A stretch of 64,000 nt of DNA, from contig CAWJGT010000009.1 in NCBI GenBank assembly GCA_963842525.1, positions 1,216,001 through 1,280,000 on the forward strand, given 5' to 3'. Positions 1-10,898 of the stretch are shown one piece after another. Each line of letters starts with the position of its first letter. The first letter of the stretch is position 1. Position numbers and translations under genes: made by a program. The notes below the pieces were generated by a model. It made no database searches. It was not told where the DNA came from and saw only the letters and a list, made by a program, of their open reading frames with translations. Source of the stretch: an uncultured Holophagales bacterium. Lineage in GTDB: Bacteria > Acidobacteriota > Thermoanaerobaculia > Multivoradales > UBA5704.

Positions 1-1
1 C

Positions 2-3000
2 GGGCCCGGGCAGGCGCTGTCGATCCTGGCCCGCCAGCACCCGGACCGCACGGCGGAGCGCCCGATCATCGCCTCCGCGCCGCACCGCCACGGCGGCGGG
101 TCGGACGCCGCCTTCCTGCTCGAAGCCCTCGGCCGCCTCTGGCTCGCGGGCGTCGACGTGGATTGGAAGCGCTTCCATGCCGTCCAGCCGCGCCGCAAGG
201 TCTCTTTGCCGACCTACCCCTTCGAGCGCCGGCGCTACTGGATCGACGTACGCCGCCCCGCGCCGCAGCCCGCCTCCCGGCCCGCGCTCGCCGACTGGTT
301 CTACGCGCCTGCCTGGAAGCCGGCGCCGCGTCCTCGCACAGTCGAGACCGCCCCGCAGCGCTGGCTGGTGGTCGGGGACGTCGGCGGTCTGGGAGAGGCG
401 CTCGCCGCGGAGCTGCGGCTGCGCGGGTACGAAGCCACAGTGCAGGCTGAGGGGTCGTCGCAGGCTGTCCTGCGGGAGCACCAGCCGGACGGCATTGCAT
501 GGCTGTGCGAAACCGGATCCTGCGATCCTTCCCCGCATCCGGAGCAGGCCGAGTCCGCCTTGCTCGCCCTGTTCTCCCTGGTCCAGGCTCTGGGAGAGCA
601 CCCCCTGGAGCTGGTCGTGGTGACGGCTGGTGCACAGGCGGTGACCGGCAGTGAGCGCCTGGCGCCCGAGCGGGCCGCTCTGGCCGCTGCGTGCCGGGTG
701 ATCCCACGGGAGCACGCCCACGTGGCCTGCCGCAGCATCGACCTGCCGCTGGAGGAGAGCCCGTCCGCCAAACTCCTCGCCGACGAGCTCCTCGCCGGCC
801 CGGCCGCCCCGGCCGTGGCCTGGCGCGGTGGACGCCGTTGGATCGAAGGCTTCGAGCAGGTCCGGTTGGAGCCTGCCGGAGCAGCCGATCTGCCACTCCG
901 TGAGCGCGGCGTCTATCTCGTCACCGGCGGCCTGGGCGGCATCGGTCTGGCCCTCGCCGGATTCCTGGCACGGCAGGTCCGCGCCCGCCTCGTCCTCGTC
1001 GGCCGCACAGCGCCGCAGGATCATGCCTCGCGCCACATCACCTCGATGGAGGAGCTGGGAGCAGAGGTGCTGGCGCTGTCGGCCGATGTGGCAGACGCTG
1101 GCCGCATGCGGGAGGTGCTGGATACGGCGCGCCGACGCTTTGGCGAGATCGACGGCGTGATCCACTGTGCCGGTGTGCCCGGCGGCGGCCTGATCCAGCT
1201 CCGCACGCCCGACGCGGTGGCGAACGTCTTCGCGGCCAAGGTGCGCGGCGCGTTCGTCCTCGCCGAGCTGCTGTGCGGCCGTCGCCTCGATTTCCTGGCC
1301 CTCTGTTCATCGTTAACCGCGGTCCTCGGCGGCGTCGGACAAGCCGACTACTGCGCGGCCAATGCCGTGCTCGACGCCTTCGCGTCCTGGTACGCCGGGG
1401 AGACCGGCACACCGACCGTGTCGATCGGCTGGGACGCCTGGAAGGACACCGGCATGGCGCTCGCCGGGATGCCGGAGGACGAGGCCGCAGAGCTCCTCGC
1501 CGGAGAGCTGCGCGACAAGCTGGTCTCGGAGGAAGGGGTTGAGGCCTTCCGTCGCGTGCTGGCAGCCGGCCTGCCTCACGTCCTGGTCTCCACCGCGGAT
1601 CTCGACACCGCCTTGGCACGGGCGCAGGAGGTCGGCTTGGCGGAGGTGGCGGCGCAAGCCGGGCGGTCCACCCATCCGCGGCCGGCCCTCGCGCGTCCCT
1701 ATGTGGCGCCTCGCGACGAGACGGAGAAACGGCTCGCCGTACTCTGGCAGGAGGTGCTTGGCGTCGATCCGGTCGGCGTCCACGACGAGCTGACCGAGCT
1801 TGGCGGGCACTCGCTGCTCGCGCTCCAGCTCCTCTGGCGGATGCGCGGCTCCTTCGGTGTCGACCTGGCCCTCGGCGCCCTGTTCGAGGCGCCCACCGTG
1901 GCCACCATGGCCGCGATCCTCCGCGACGACGAGGCACCGCGGCCCGCGGCTGTCTCGCCGCTGGTGCCCCTCCAGACGACTGGTGGGGGAGACAAGCCGC
2001 CGCTCTTCCTTGTCCATCCGGCCGGCGGCGGCCTTTCGGGTTACCGCGATCTGGCACTGCGCCTGGGTGCAGACCGGCCGGTTTGGGGGCTCCAGTCCCC
2101 GGGTCTGATGGACGGCGGCGAGCCGCCGGCGGATCTGGAGACGATGGCCGCCCTCTACGTCGAGGCGGTACGGTCGGTCGCTCCGGCGGGGCCGTACCTT
2201 CTCGGCGCCTGGTCCATGGGCGGCCTCATCGCCTATGAGATGGCGCGGCAGCTCACAGCCTTGGGGGAGGAGGTGGCGCTCCTTGCCCTGATTGACGCCC
2301 ACGTGCCGGTCCCCGGCCTGGAAGACCCGGAGCCCGAGGATGACGCGGCATTGCTTGCCGATCTTTTCCGTCTCCCGCCCGTGGCCGGCTCCGTGGACGA
2401 CGTGCTCGCCACTGCCCGCCAGGCTGGCACGATCGGCGAAGACTTCGGGCCGGCCGAGGCCGGGCGTCTGCTCCACGTGTTCCGGGCCAATGTTGCGGCG
2501 GTCGAGGCCTACCGGCCGCGGCCCTGGCCTGGACGAGCGCTTCTCCTGCGCTGCCGCGAGGCGCTCCCCAGCGCGCCGGCCGAGCCCACCCTCGGCTGGG
2601 GAGCTCTGGCCACAGGAGGCGTCGAGGTCGTCTACGTGCCCGGCGGGCATGGCGACCTGGTCTTCGAGCCGCACGCGGCGGTGCTTGCCGAGCGGCTCCG
2701 TGCCTGCCTCGCCGGGCCCGCGGCTCTGCATCAGCTTTTCGAGCGCTGGGCGGACTGCACGCCGGACGCGGTGGCGGTGGTCCTCGGCGACGACCAGCTC
2801 TCCTGCGGCGAGCTGGAGCGCCGCGCCAACCGGCTCGCCCGGCATCTGCGTGCGGCCGGGGTCGGACCGGAGGTGCTGGTGGGGCTGGCTCTCGACCGCT
2901 CCCTCGACCTGGTCACGGTGGCGCTCGCGGTCCTCAAAGCCGGCGGCGCCTATCTGCCGCTCGATCTCACCTATCCGCCGGAACGCCTCGACTTCATGAT

Positions 3001-6000
3001 CCGCGACGCGGGCACGAAGCTCCTCCTGACGCGGAGCACCCTCAACGAGAGCCGGGAGGAGATCAGCCGCGAGAGCGCCGAGCGCCTGTCGGACGGGACC
3101 GGTCCGGACAACCTGGCTTATGTGATCTACACCTCCGGCTCGACCGGCCGGCCCAAGGGAGTCCAGGTGCCGCACCGAGGGCTCCTGAACGTGGCCGCAG
3201 TGCAGTTGGAGACCTTCGCGGCGACGCCCGACAGCCGGGTTGCGCAGTTCGCCTCCTGGAGCTTCGACGCCTCGGCTTTCGACCTCCTGATGGCCTGGGG
3301 AGCCGGTGCTGCCCTGTGCCTGGTGCCCGAAGAGGCGCGGGTCCCGGGACCGGCCCTGGTCGAGCTGCTGCGCCGGCATCGGATCACACATGCCACGCTC
3401 TCCCCTTCGGTGCTGGCCGGGCTGCCCTCCTCCGCCGAGCTGCCGGATCTCGCTGCGCTCGTCGTCGCCGGCGAAGCCTGTCCCCAGGCGGTGGTGGACC
3501 ACTGGGCGATCGGAGGGCGACGGTTCTGGAACGCCTATGGCCCGACCGAGGCCACGATCTGGGCGACCGTCGCGGAGTGCTCGATCGGCGAACGGCCGCC
3601 GATCGGCGCTCCCATCGACGGGGTCCGCGCTGCTGTGCTCGACGCCGGTTTCGAGCCGGCCGAAACCGGAGAGCTGTACCTCGGCGGCATCGGTGTGACC
3701 CGCGGCTATCTCGGCCGGCCCGCGCTGACCGCGGAGCGTTTCGTGCCGGATGCCTGGAGCGGCGAGCCGGGAGCGCGCCTCTACGCCACCGGTGATCTGG
3801 TGCGCCGCCGGCCGGACGACGCGCTCGACTTCCTGGGGCGGATCGACCACCAGGTGAAGATCCGCGGACTGCGCGTCGAGTTGGGAGAGATCGAATCGCT
3901 GCTCGACACCCTGCCTGGCGTGTCCGGCAGCGCCGTCCTCGCCGTGGACGAGCGCTTGGTGGCTTACATCGTCCCCGCCGGAGACTCCCCGACGCTCGCC
4001 GATTTGCGCAAGGGTCTGCGCGAGCGTCTGCCGGAGCACATGGTCCCCTCGACCTTTGTCGTCCTCGACGCCTGGCCCCTCACCCCCAGCGGCAAGGTGG
4101 ACCGGCCGGCTCTCCCTCGTCCAGAGCGCGGCCGCCGCGGCGATGCAGACTTGATCGCACCACGAACCCCGGAGGAAGAAGCGCTGGCAACGATCTGGCG
4201 CGACATCCTCGGCCTGGAAGAGCTCGGGGTCCGCGACGACCTTCTGGAGCTGGGCGCCCACTCGCTGGTCTTCGGCCGCTTCACCGCCCGGGTCCGCGAA
4301 GAGCTGGGCCGCGAGCTCCCCCTCCGCGAAATCTTCGACCATCCCACTGTGGCCGGCCTCGCCGCCTGTCTCCAGCGTGCCGCAGCGCTGCCCCCTCTGC
4401 CTCCGATCACCGCCATGCCTCGCGAAGGTCTGCTGCCGCTCTCCTTCGCCCAGGAGCGGATCTGGTTTCTGGAGCAGCTCTCGCCCGGCATCCTGGCCTA
4501 CAACGCCCAGGCCGAGCTGCGCTTCCGCGGGCCGCTCGACCCCGGCCTCTACGCTCGGGTGCTCGCCGAGGTGGTGCGGCGGCACGAGGTTCTGCGCACC
4601 GGGTTTCCGGAGGTGGACGGCCAGCCGGTCCAGGTGATCCACCCGCCGTATACGCCCGCCCTGCCCCTGGTCGATCTGATCGGCCTTCCCGCCGCCATAC
4701 GGGAGACCGAGACCGGGCGGCTGATCGGTGTCCTGATCCAACAGCCGTTCGACACGACCCGGCCGCCTCTCGTCCGCTGCACGCTGCTGCGCCTGAACGC
4801 GGAGGAGCACGCCCTCCTCCACATGGAGCACCACATCGTCCACGACGGCTGGTCGTTCGGCGTGTTCCTGGCCGAGATCGAAGCGCTCTACGAGGCGTTC
4901 GCTACCGGCCGCCCCTCGCCACTGCCGGAGCCGCCCATCCAGTACGCCGACTATGCCCTCTGGCAGCGGCAGTGGATGCGGGGCGAGGTTCTGGACCGGC
5001 ACCTTTCGTTCTGGCGGCAGCGGCTCGCGGGCAGCCCGCCGCTCCTCGAGCTGCCCACCGACCGGCCGCGCCCACGGGTCCAGCGTTTCCGCGGCGCCGG
5101 TCCCCGGATCACCCTGCCGCGCGACCTCTACACCGGCCTGCGCACCCTCGCGCGGCGCGAAGGGGTCACGCTCTACACGGTCATGCTGGCCGCGTTTGAC
5201 GCACTTCTCCAGCGCTACGCGGGCTGCGACGACGTCCTGGTCGGCGCCGGCGTGGCGAACCGGCGGGCCCGCCAGCTCGAAGGGATGATCGGCATGGTGG
5301 TCAACACCCTGGTACTGCGCACCTCGCTGGCCGGCGATCCGAGCTGGCGCGAGCTGCTGCGCCGGGTGCGCGACACGGTCGTCGAGGCGCGGGAATGGGA
5401 GGACATGCCGTTCGAGCAGCTCGTGCGCGAGCTGGCGCCCGGCCGCGACCTGGACCGCAACCCGCTGTTCCAGGTGATGTTCGGCTTTCACGACGCGGCC
5501 GTGCCGGACCTCGACTTCGCCGGCCTGCGCGGCACCGTGCGCGAGATCCACAACGGCTCGGCCAAGACCGACATCAACATCGTCGGAGTGCCTCGCGCCG
5601 AGCAGCGCGTCGGCCGAGTCGGGAGTGGGGGAGAGGACTTGGTTCTCATCTGGGAATACCGGACCGACCTCTTCGACGCGGCGACGATCGAGCGCATGAT
5701 CGGTCACTACCGCACCCTGCTGTCCGCCGCGCTCGCGGAGCCCGAGCGGCGCCTCTCGGAGCTTCCCCTCCTGGGAGACGAGGAGAGGCGCCAGGTGCTC
5801 GGTGCCTGGAGCGGCGCCGAGGCCGGGCATATTTGGCCGCGAGAGGCGTCGATCCCGGAGCTGTTCGCTGCCGTGGCCGCCGCGTCTCCCGATGCGGTGG
5901 CGATCGAATGCGGCACGGAATGCCTCACCTATGGCGAGCTCGACCGCCGGGGCCATCAGCTCGCCTGGCGCCTGCGTGCCCTGGGAGTCGGTCCGGATAC

Positions 6001-8603
6001 TGCCGTGGGCCTGGCGATCGAGCGTTCTCCGGAGCTGATCGTGGGCATGCTCGGCATCCTCCAGGCCGGCGGCTGCTATGTGCCGCTGGACCTGGTCTAC
6101 CCGGCCGAGCGCCTGGCCTGGATGGCGGCCGATGCGGGGCTGGATGTGGTGGTCACCTGCGGCGGCGCGCCGCTCGACCTGCACGTCGCCACCGTAGTCG
6201 ATCTCCGTGGCGAGGCCTGGGAAGCCCCTCACCCCCCTGGCCCCCCTCTCCCATCCGCCCTCCCTGCCTCCCGGGAGAGGGGGGAAGAGGCACTGCCAGA
6301 GAGCCTTAGTGCGGGGGCTCCCCTCTCCCGGAGGGCGGGAGGGCGGATGGGAGAGGGGTCGGGGGTGAGGGGCCAAGGCTTGCGCAGGACTTTCCAGACA
6401 TCCCCCGACAGCCTGGCCTATGTGATGTACACCTCCGGCTCGACCGGACAGCCCAAGGGGGTCGCGGTGACCCACCGCGGCGTGGTGCGGCTGGCCCGCG
6501 GCGGTGTCGGCGACGGCGACACCCTCCCCGGACCCGAGGAGGTACTGCTCCACATCGCTCCTCCGTCCTTCGACGCCTCGACCTTCGAGGTCTGGTGGAC
6601 GCTGCTCCACGGCGGCCGGCTCGCGGTCCTGCGCGAGCGCACCCCGTCCCTCGCCGAGCTTGGGGAGGCCGTCGTGCGGCACCGCGTGACCACCCTCCAC
6701 CTGACCGCCGGCCTCTTCCACCAAGTGGTCGATGAGCACCTGGAGGGTCTCCGCACCGTGCCGCAACTGCTCACCGGCGGCGACGTGGTCTCGGCGTCCC
6801 ATGTCCGCCGGGCCCTTGAAGCTCTTCCCGGCCGCCGGCTGGTCCACTGCTATGGGCCGACCGAGAACACCACCTTCACCTGCTGCCACGTCATGGCCGG
6901 ACCGGACGAGGCGCCCGATCCGCTGCCCATTGGCCGGCCGATTGCCGGCACCCGGGTCTACCTCCTGGACTCATGGCTGCGGCCGGTGCCCACGGGCGTC
7001 CCGGGCGAGCTGCTCACCGGCGGCGACGGCCTGGCTCGCGGCTATCTCGGCCGTCCGGGTCTGACCGCGGAGAGGTTCATCCCCGATCCCTTGACGCGAG
7101 AGCCCGGGGCGCGGCTCTACCGGACCGGCGACCTGGCGCGCTTCCGGCCGTCCGGCGCGATCGAGTTCCTGGGTCGGATCGACCGCCAGGTGAAGGTCCG
7201 CGGCTTCCGCATCGAGCCTGGAGAGGTCGAATCCGCGCTCGCCTCCTGCCCCGGGATCGGTGAGGCGGTCGTGGTGGTGCGCGACGACGCGGCCGAGAAG
7301 AGCCTGGTGGCGTATCTCACCCCGTCTTCCCCGCTGGCTGACGAGGCGGCCGGAACGGGAGCTCGCCGCCGCGGTCCGCGCCCTCCTCGCCGGGATGCTG
7401 CCCGACTACATGGTGCCCTCGGCCTTCATGGTCCTCCCGGTCCTGCCTCTCACGCCGAACGGCAAGGTGGACCGCGCGGCTCTGCCGGCTCTGGCTGCCC
7501 CGGCGGTAGACGCGTCCCGGGCGACCGCCTTCGTGCGCGCCCGCGGCCCCGTCGAGGAACGGCTGGCCGGACTCTGGGCTGAGGTGCTGGGTGTCGGCCG
7601 GGTGGGTATCCACGACAACTTCTTCCACCTGGGCGGCCATTCGCTCCTCGCCACCCGTCTGATCGCCCGGGTGCGCCGCGCCTTCGAGGTCGACCTGCCG
7701 GTCCATGCCGTCTTCGAAGGCGCCACGGTCGCGGGCATGGCGGCGCTGATCGCCGAGCGCCGCACCGGCGCGCCGGCACGGGAGGTCTCGCCGCTGATCA
7801 CCCTCCAGCCGTCAGGCGACCGGCCTCCGCTCTTCTTCCTTCACCCGGTCGGCGGCGGTGTTTCCAGTTATGCCTTCGTGTCCCGCCACCTGGCGCCGGA
7901 CCAGCCCTGCTTCGGCCTCCAGGCGCCCGGCCTGCTCGACGACCGTGAGCCGTTCGACCGGATCGAGCCCATGGCCGCCTTGTACGTGAAAGCCATCCGG
8001 GAGCGGTGGCCGGAGGGGCCCTATCTGCTCGCCGGCTGGTCGCTCGGCGGCTGGCTGGCCTTCGAGGTGGCCCAACAGCTTGCCGCCGGCGGAGGAGACG
8101 TGGCCCTCCTCGCCCTGCTCGACACGTCGAGGATCCGGCCCGAAGAGGTCGAGGAGGAGATGGACGACGCCACGCTGCTCGCCGATCTCTTCAACTTCGA
8201 CCTCGAGCGGACCGGCGGCGGGCCATGGACCCTCGAAGCCGTGATCGACGAGGCGAGGAGCACGGGCCAGGTGGAGGAGACCTTCGGGCTCGACCAGGCC
8301 CGCCGCCTGCTGCGGGTGCTCAAGAGCAACGCCAAAGCTCTCGACGCCTATGTGGCCCTGCCCTACCCGGGCCGCATCACGCTCCTGCGCTGCGACAAGT
8401 CCGCTGTGGCAGGGGCATCGGCCGATCCCACCCGAGGCTGGGGGAGCGTGGCGATTGGAGGGGTGGGAGGCGTGGACATCCGGCCCGTACCCGGCAGTCA
8501 CGCCTCGATCGTCCACGAGCCCCACGCGGGCCCGGTGGCCGAGACGTTGCGCCAGGCGGTCGGCGAGGCCCTGGCGGTGCGCCTGGGCGTCCTCTCGGTT
8601 TGA
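2..8603 (+). CDS. Hybrid type I PKS-NRPS, 5'-partial (AT C-terminus-KR-ACP-TE-A-T-C-A-T-TE); apparent +1 frameshift near 7357
   Basis: Frame is open from position 2 (GPGQALS...[25 protein letters not shown]). Motifs: KR GGLGGIG and YCAAN; ACP LGGHSL; TE GAWSMGG; A domains YTSGSTGxPKG, YGPTE, TGDL; T LGAHSL; [10 protein letters not shown]; T LGGHSL; terminal TE GWSLGG. Removing one G at ~7357 joins ORFs 158..7582 and 7260..8603. Confidence 0.93.
6224..6373. repeat. 150-bp palindromic REP/MITE-like element inserted in frame in the second A domain
   Basis: Terminal inverted repeat GCCCCTCACCCC...GGGGTGAGGGGC encloses two mutually complementary CCCTCTCCC...GGGAGAGGG hairpins. Same family as 31637-31792. 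Confidence 0.85.
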
Positions 8604-8629
8604 GCTTTTTCAAGGAGCCAAGAACGATC

Positions 8630-9734
8630 ATGACCGTAGCAGCGTTTCCAACCCAGCTTGTCAGCCCCGTCGTGAGCTCCCACAACGAGTGGGACCCTCT
8701 CGAAGAGGTGATCGTCGGCGTCGTCGATGGCGCCGCTGTCCCGGAATGGCATCCGACCCTGCCGGTCACCATGCCACGCAGCCAGTGGTCGTTCTTCCGT
8801 GAAAACGGCGGACGCCCGTTTCCGAAAGAGCGGATCGATGCGGCGCGGAAGGACCTGGAGGGGTTGGTGCACCTCCTGGAGGAGGAAGGGGTGACGGTGC
8901 GCCGGCCGGAGGTGCGCGACTTCGCACGGCCCTATAGCACGCCCGAGTGGAGCAGCGCGGGCGGCCTCTATGCCGCCATGCCGCGCGACCTCCTGCTGGT
9001 CGTCGGCGACGAGATCATCGAGAGCCCGGTCGCCTGGCGCTCGCGCTACTTCGACGTGCACGCCTTCCGCCCCCTGCTCAAGGAATACTTCCAGAAAGGA
9101 GCGCGCTGGACCGCCGCACCTCTGCCGCAGCTTTCCGACGCGCTCTACCGGCCGGACCGCGCGGCGGCCGAAGAGGAGCGCGACTCCGAAGACTTCGATT
9201 CGGTGATCACCGAGCACGAGCCGACCTTCGACGCGGCCGATTTCATGCGGATGGGGCGTGACCTCTTCGTGCAGCAGAGCCACGTCACCAACCGGTTTGG
9301 CATCGAATGGATGCGCCGCCACCTGGGGCCCGACTATCGCGTCCACGTCCTGCCGGTCCGCGACGCGCACCCGATGCACATCGACGCCTCGTTCGTCCCC
9401 CTGGCCCCGGGGAAGGTCCTGGTCAACATCGAGCGCGTCCCCAAGCTTCCCCCCATGTTCCGCGGCTGGGACGTCATTCCCGCGCCGCCGCCAGAGATGC
9501 CGGCGGGCACTACTCTCTATATGACCAGCCGGTGGATCTCGATCAACCTGCTGTCGCTCGATGGCGAGCGTGTGCTGATCGAGAAGCACGAAGACGGCCT
9601 GGCGCGGGTGCTCAAAAACCACGGCTTCAAGCCGATCCGCTGCCCCTTCACCAACTTCTACGCCTTCGGAGGCTCCTTCCACTGCGCCACCCTGGACATC
9701 AAGCGGCGCGGCGAGCTTCCAGTCGTACTTCTGA
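8630..9734 (+). CDS. Amidinotransferase (glycine/inosamine-phosphate amidinotransferase family)
   Basis: SHNEWDPLEEVIVG, MPRD, FDAAD, HID, GGSFHCATLD; AAGGAG RBS. Removing one base at ~9717 gives the end RRGELQSYF* at 9734; the uncorrected ORF runs to 9832. Confidence 0.9.
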
Positions 9735-9774
9735 AGCGCTTGCCTGAAACCCTGGTGCATGCTATGCATACTCG

Positions 9775-10050
9775 ATGTGGGTCGAATGGGACGAGAGCAA
9801 GGCTGCCAGCAACGAACGCAAGCACGGAGTGACCTTTGAGGAAGCGGCGACCTGCTTCTACGACCCGCACCAGGTGGCCTTCTACGACCCGGACCACAGC
9901 GACGAGGAGGATCGGGACGTCCTGATCGCCCGCTCGGAAGGCGGCAGATTGCTGCTCGTCGTCTACACCCTCCGAAGCGAGGCGGTCCGGATCATCTCGG
10001 CTCGGCCGACGACGAAAAGGGAGACTCGGGACTATGAGAGAGGAATATGA
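9775..10050 (+). CDS. brnT: BrnT family toxin
   Basis: EWDESKAASNERKHGVTFEEA...DHSDEEDR...RIISAR signature. Confidence 0.92.
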   Translation: MWVEWDESKAASNERKHGVTFEEAATCFYDPHQVAFYDPDHSDEEDRDVLIARSEGGRLLLVVYTLRSEAVRIISARPTTKRETRDYERGI

Positions 10051-10355
10051 TCTCGCCAAGCTGAAGGTCAAGCGGCGGGGGCCTCTGCCTGCCTTTCGTG
10101 ATGCCGAGGGGCGGCCGATGAAAGTCCGCATCACCATCACGCTGGATCAGGATCTGGTGGAGCATTTCAAGGCAGAGGCCGCGAAGCCAGGTGCTCTGCC
10201 TTACCAGACCCAGATCAACCAGGCTCTCCGTAAAGCATTGATGGACGATGAGCTGCGGCCGCAGCAGACCGAAGCCATCAAGGCGGCGCTGCTCAAGGAC
10301 CCGGACTTCTTGCGCGCTGTAGCCCGTCGGATCGAGGCCCAGGGGAGCTCCATAG
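10034..10355 (+). CDS. brnA: BrnA family antitoxin (end corrected for a probable +1 error at ~10343)
   Basis: MREEYD...KVRITITLDQDLVEHFK...YQTQINQALR; overlaps brnT. The uncorrected ORF reads into the tandem repeat. Confidence 0.85.
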
Positions 10356-10420
10356 GCGACCTTTCCGGCCGGATCGGTCCCATCCCACCGCCGGAATTCC
10401 CCTTTCCCGGCCGTCTGGTC

Positions 10421-10850
10421 CCGCGGGACCGGCAAGGTTCCCCGCGGGGTCATGGACATTCCCCGCGGTGGCGCGCAGCGGTGCCGCGGGACCGGCGGTG
10501 TTCGCCGCGGGGCCATGGACACTGCCCGCGGTGGCGCGCAGCGGTGCCGCGGGACCGGCGGTGCTCGCCGCGGTGCCATGGACACTGCCCGCGGTGGCGC
10601 GCAGTGGTGCCGTGGGACCGGCAGTGTTCGCCGCGGTGCCATGGACACTGCCCGCGGTGGCGCGCAGTGGTGCCGCGGGACCGGCAGTGTTCGCCGCGGT
10701 GCCATGGACACTCGCCGCGGTGGCGCGCAGTGGTGCTGTGGGACCGGCGGTGTTCGCCGCGGTGCCATGGACACTCGCCGCGGTGGCGCACAGCGGTGCC
10801 GCGGGACCGGCAGTGTTCGCCGCGGTGCCATGGACACTGCCCGCGGTGGC
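10421..10850. repeat. 63-bp tandem repeat (~7 copies) built of three 21-bp subunits, flanked by an imperfect ~23-bp direct repeat
   Basis: CCGCGG at 10421, 10442, 10463 ... 10841, with variants at ~10610 and ~10736. CCGCCGGAATTCCCC occurs at 10388 and 10854. Confidence 0.92.
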
Positions 10851-10898
10851 CCCCCGCCGGAATTCCCCCTCCCGGCGCTCTGTTATGCTCTGCCGCCT

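Noticed and set aside
1313-6889. 1858-aa minus-strand ORF and similar long antisense ORFs (10293..12344, 22909..25236, 43975..45531, 53405..56206)
   Set aside because: These are shadow ORFs opposite well-supported genes in high-GC DNA and carry no recognisable motifs.
10421-10850. 63-bp repeat as a CRISPR array, or as coding extensions of BrnA (327 aa) or RimO (611 aa)
   Set aside because: There are no unique spacers and no cas genes. The long ORFs arise because the GC-rich repeat lacks stops and because of the probable +1 error at ~10343.
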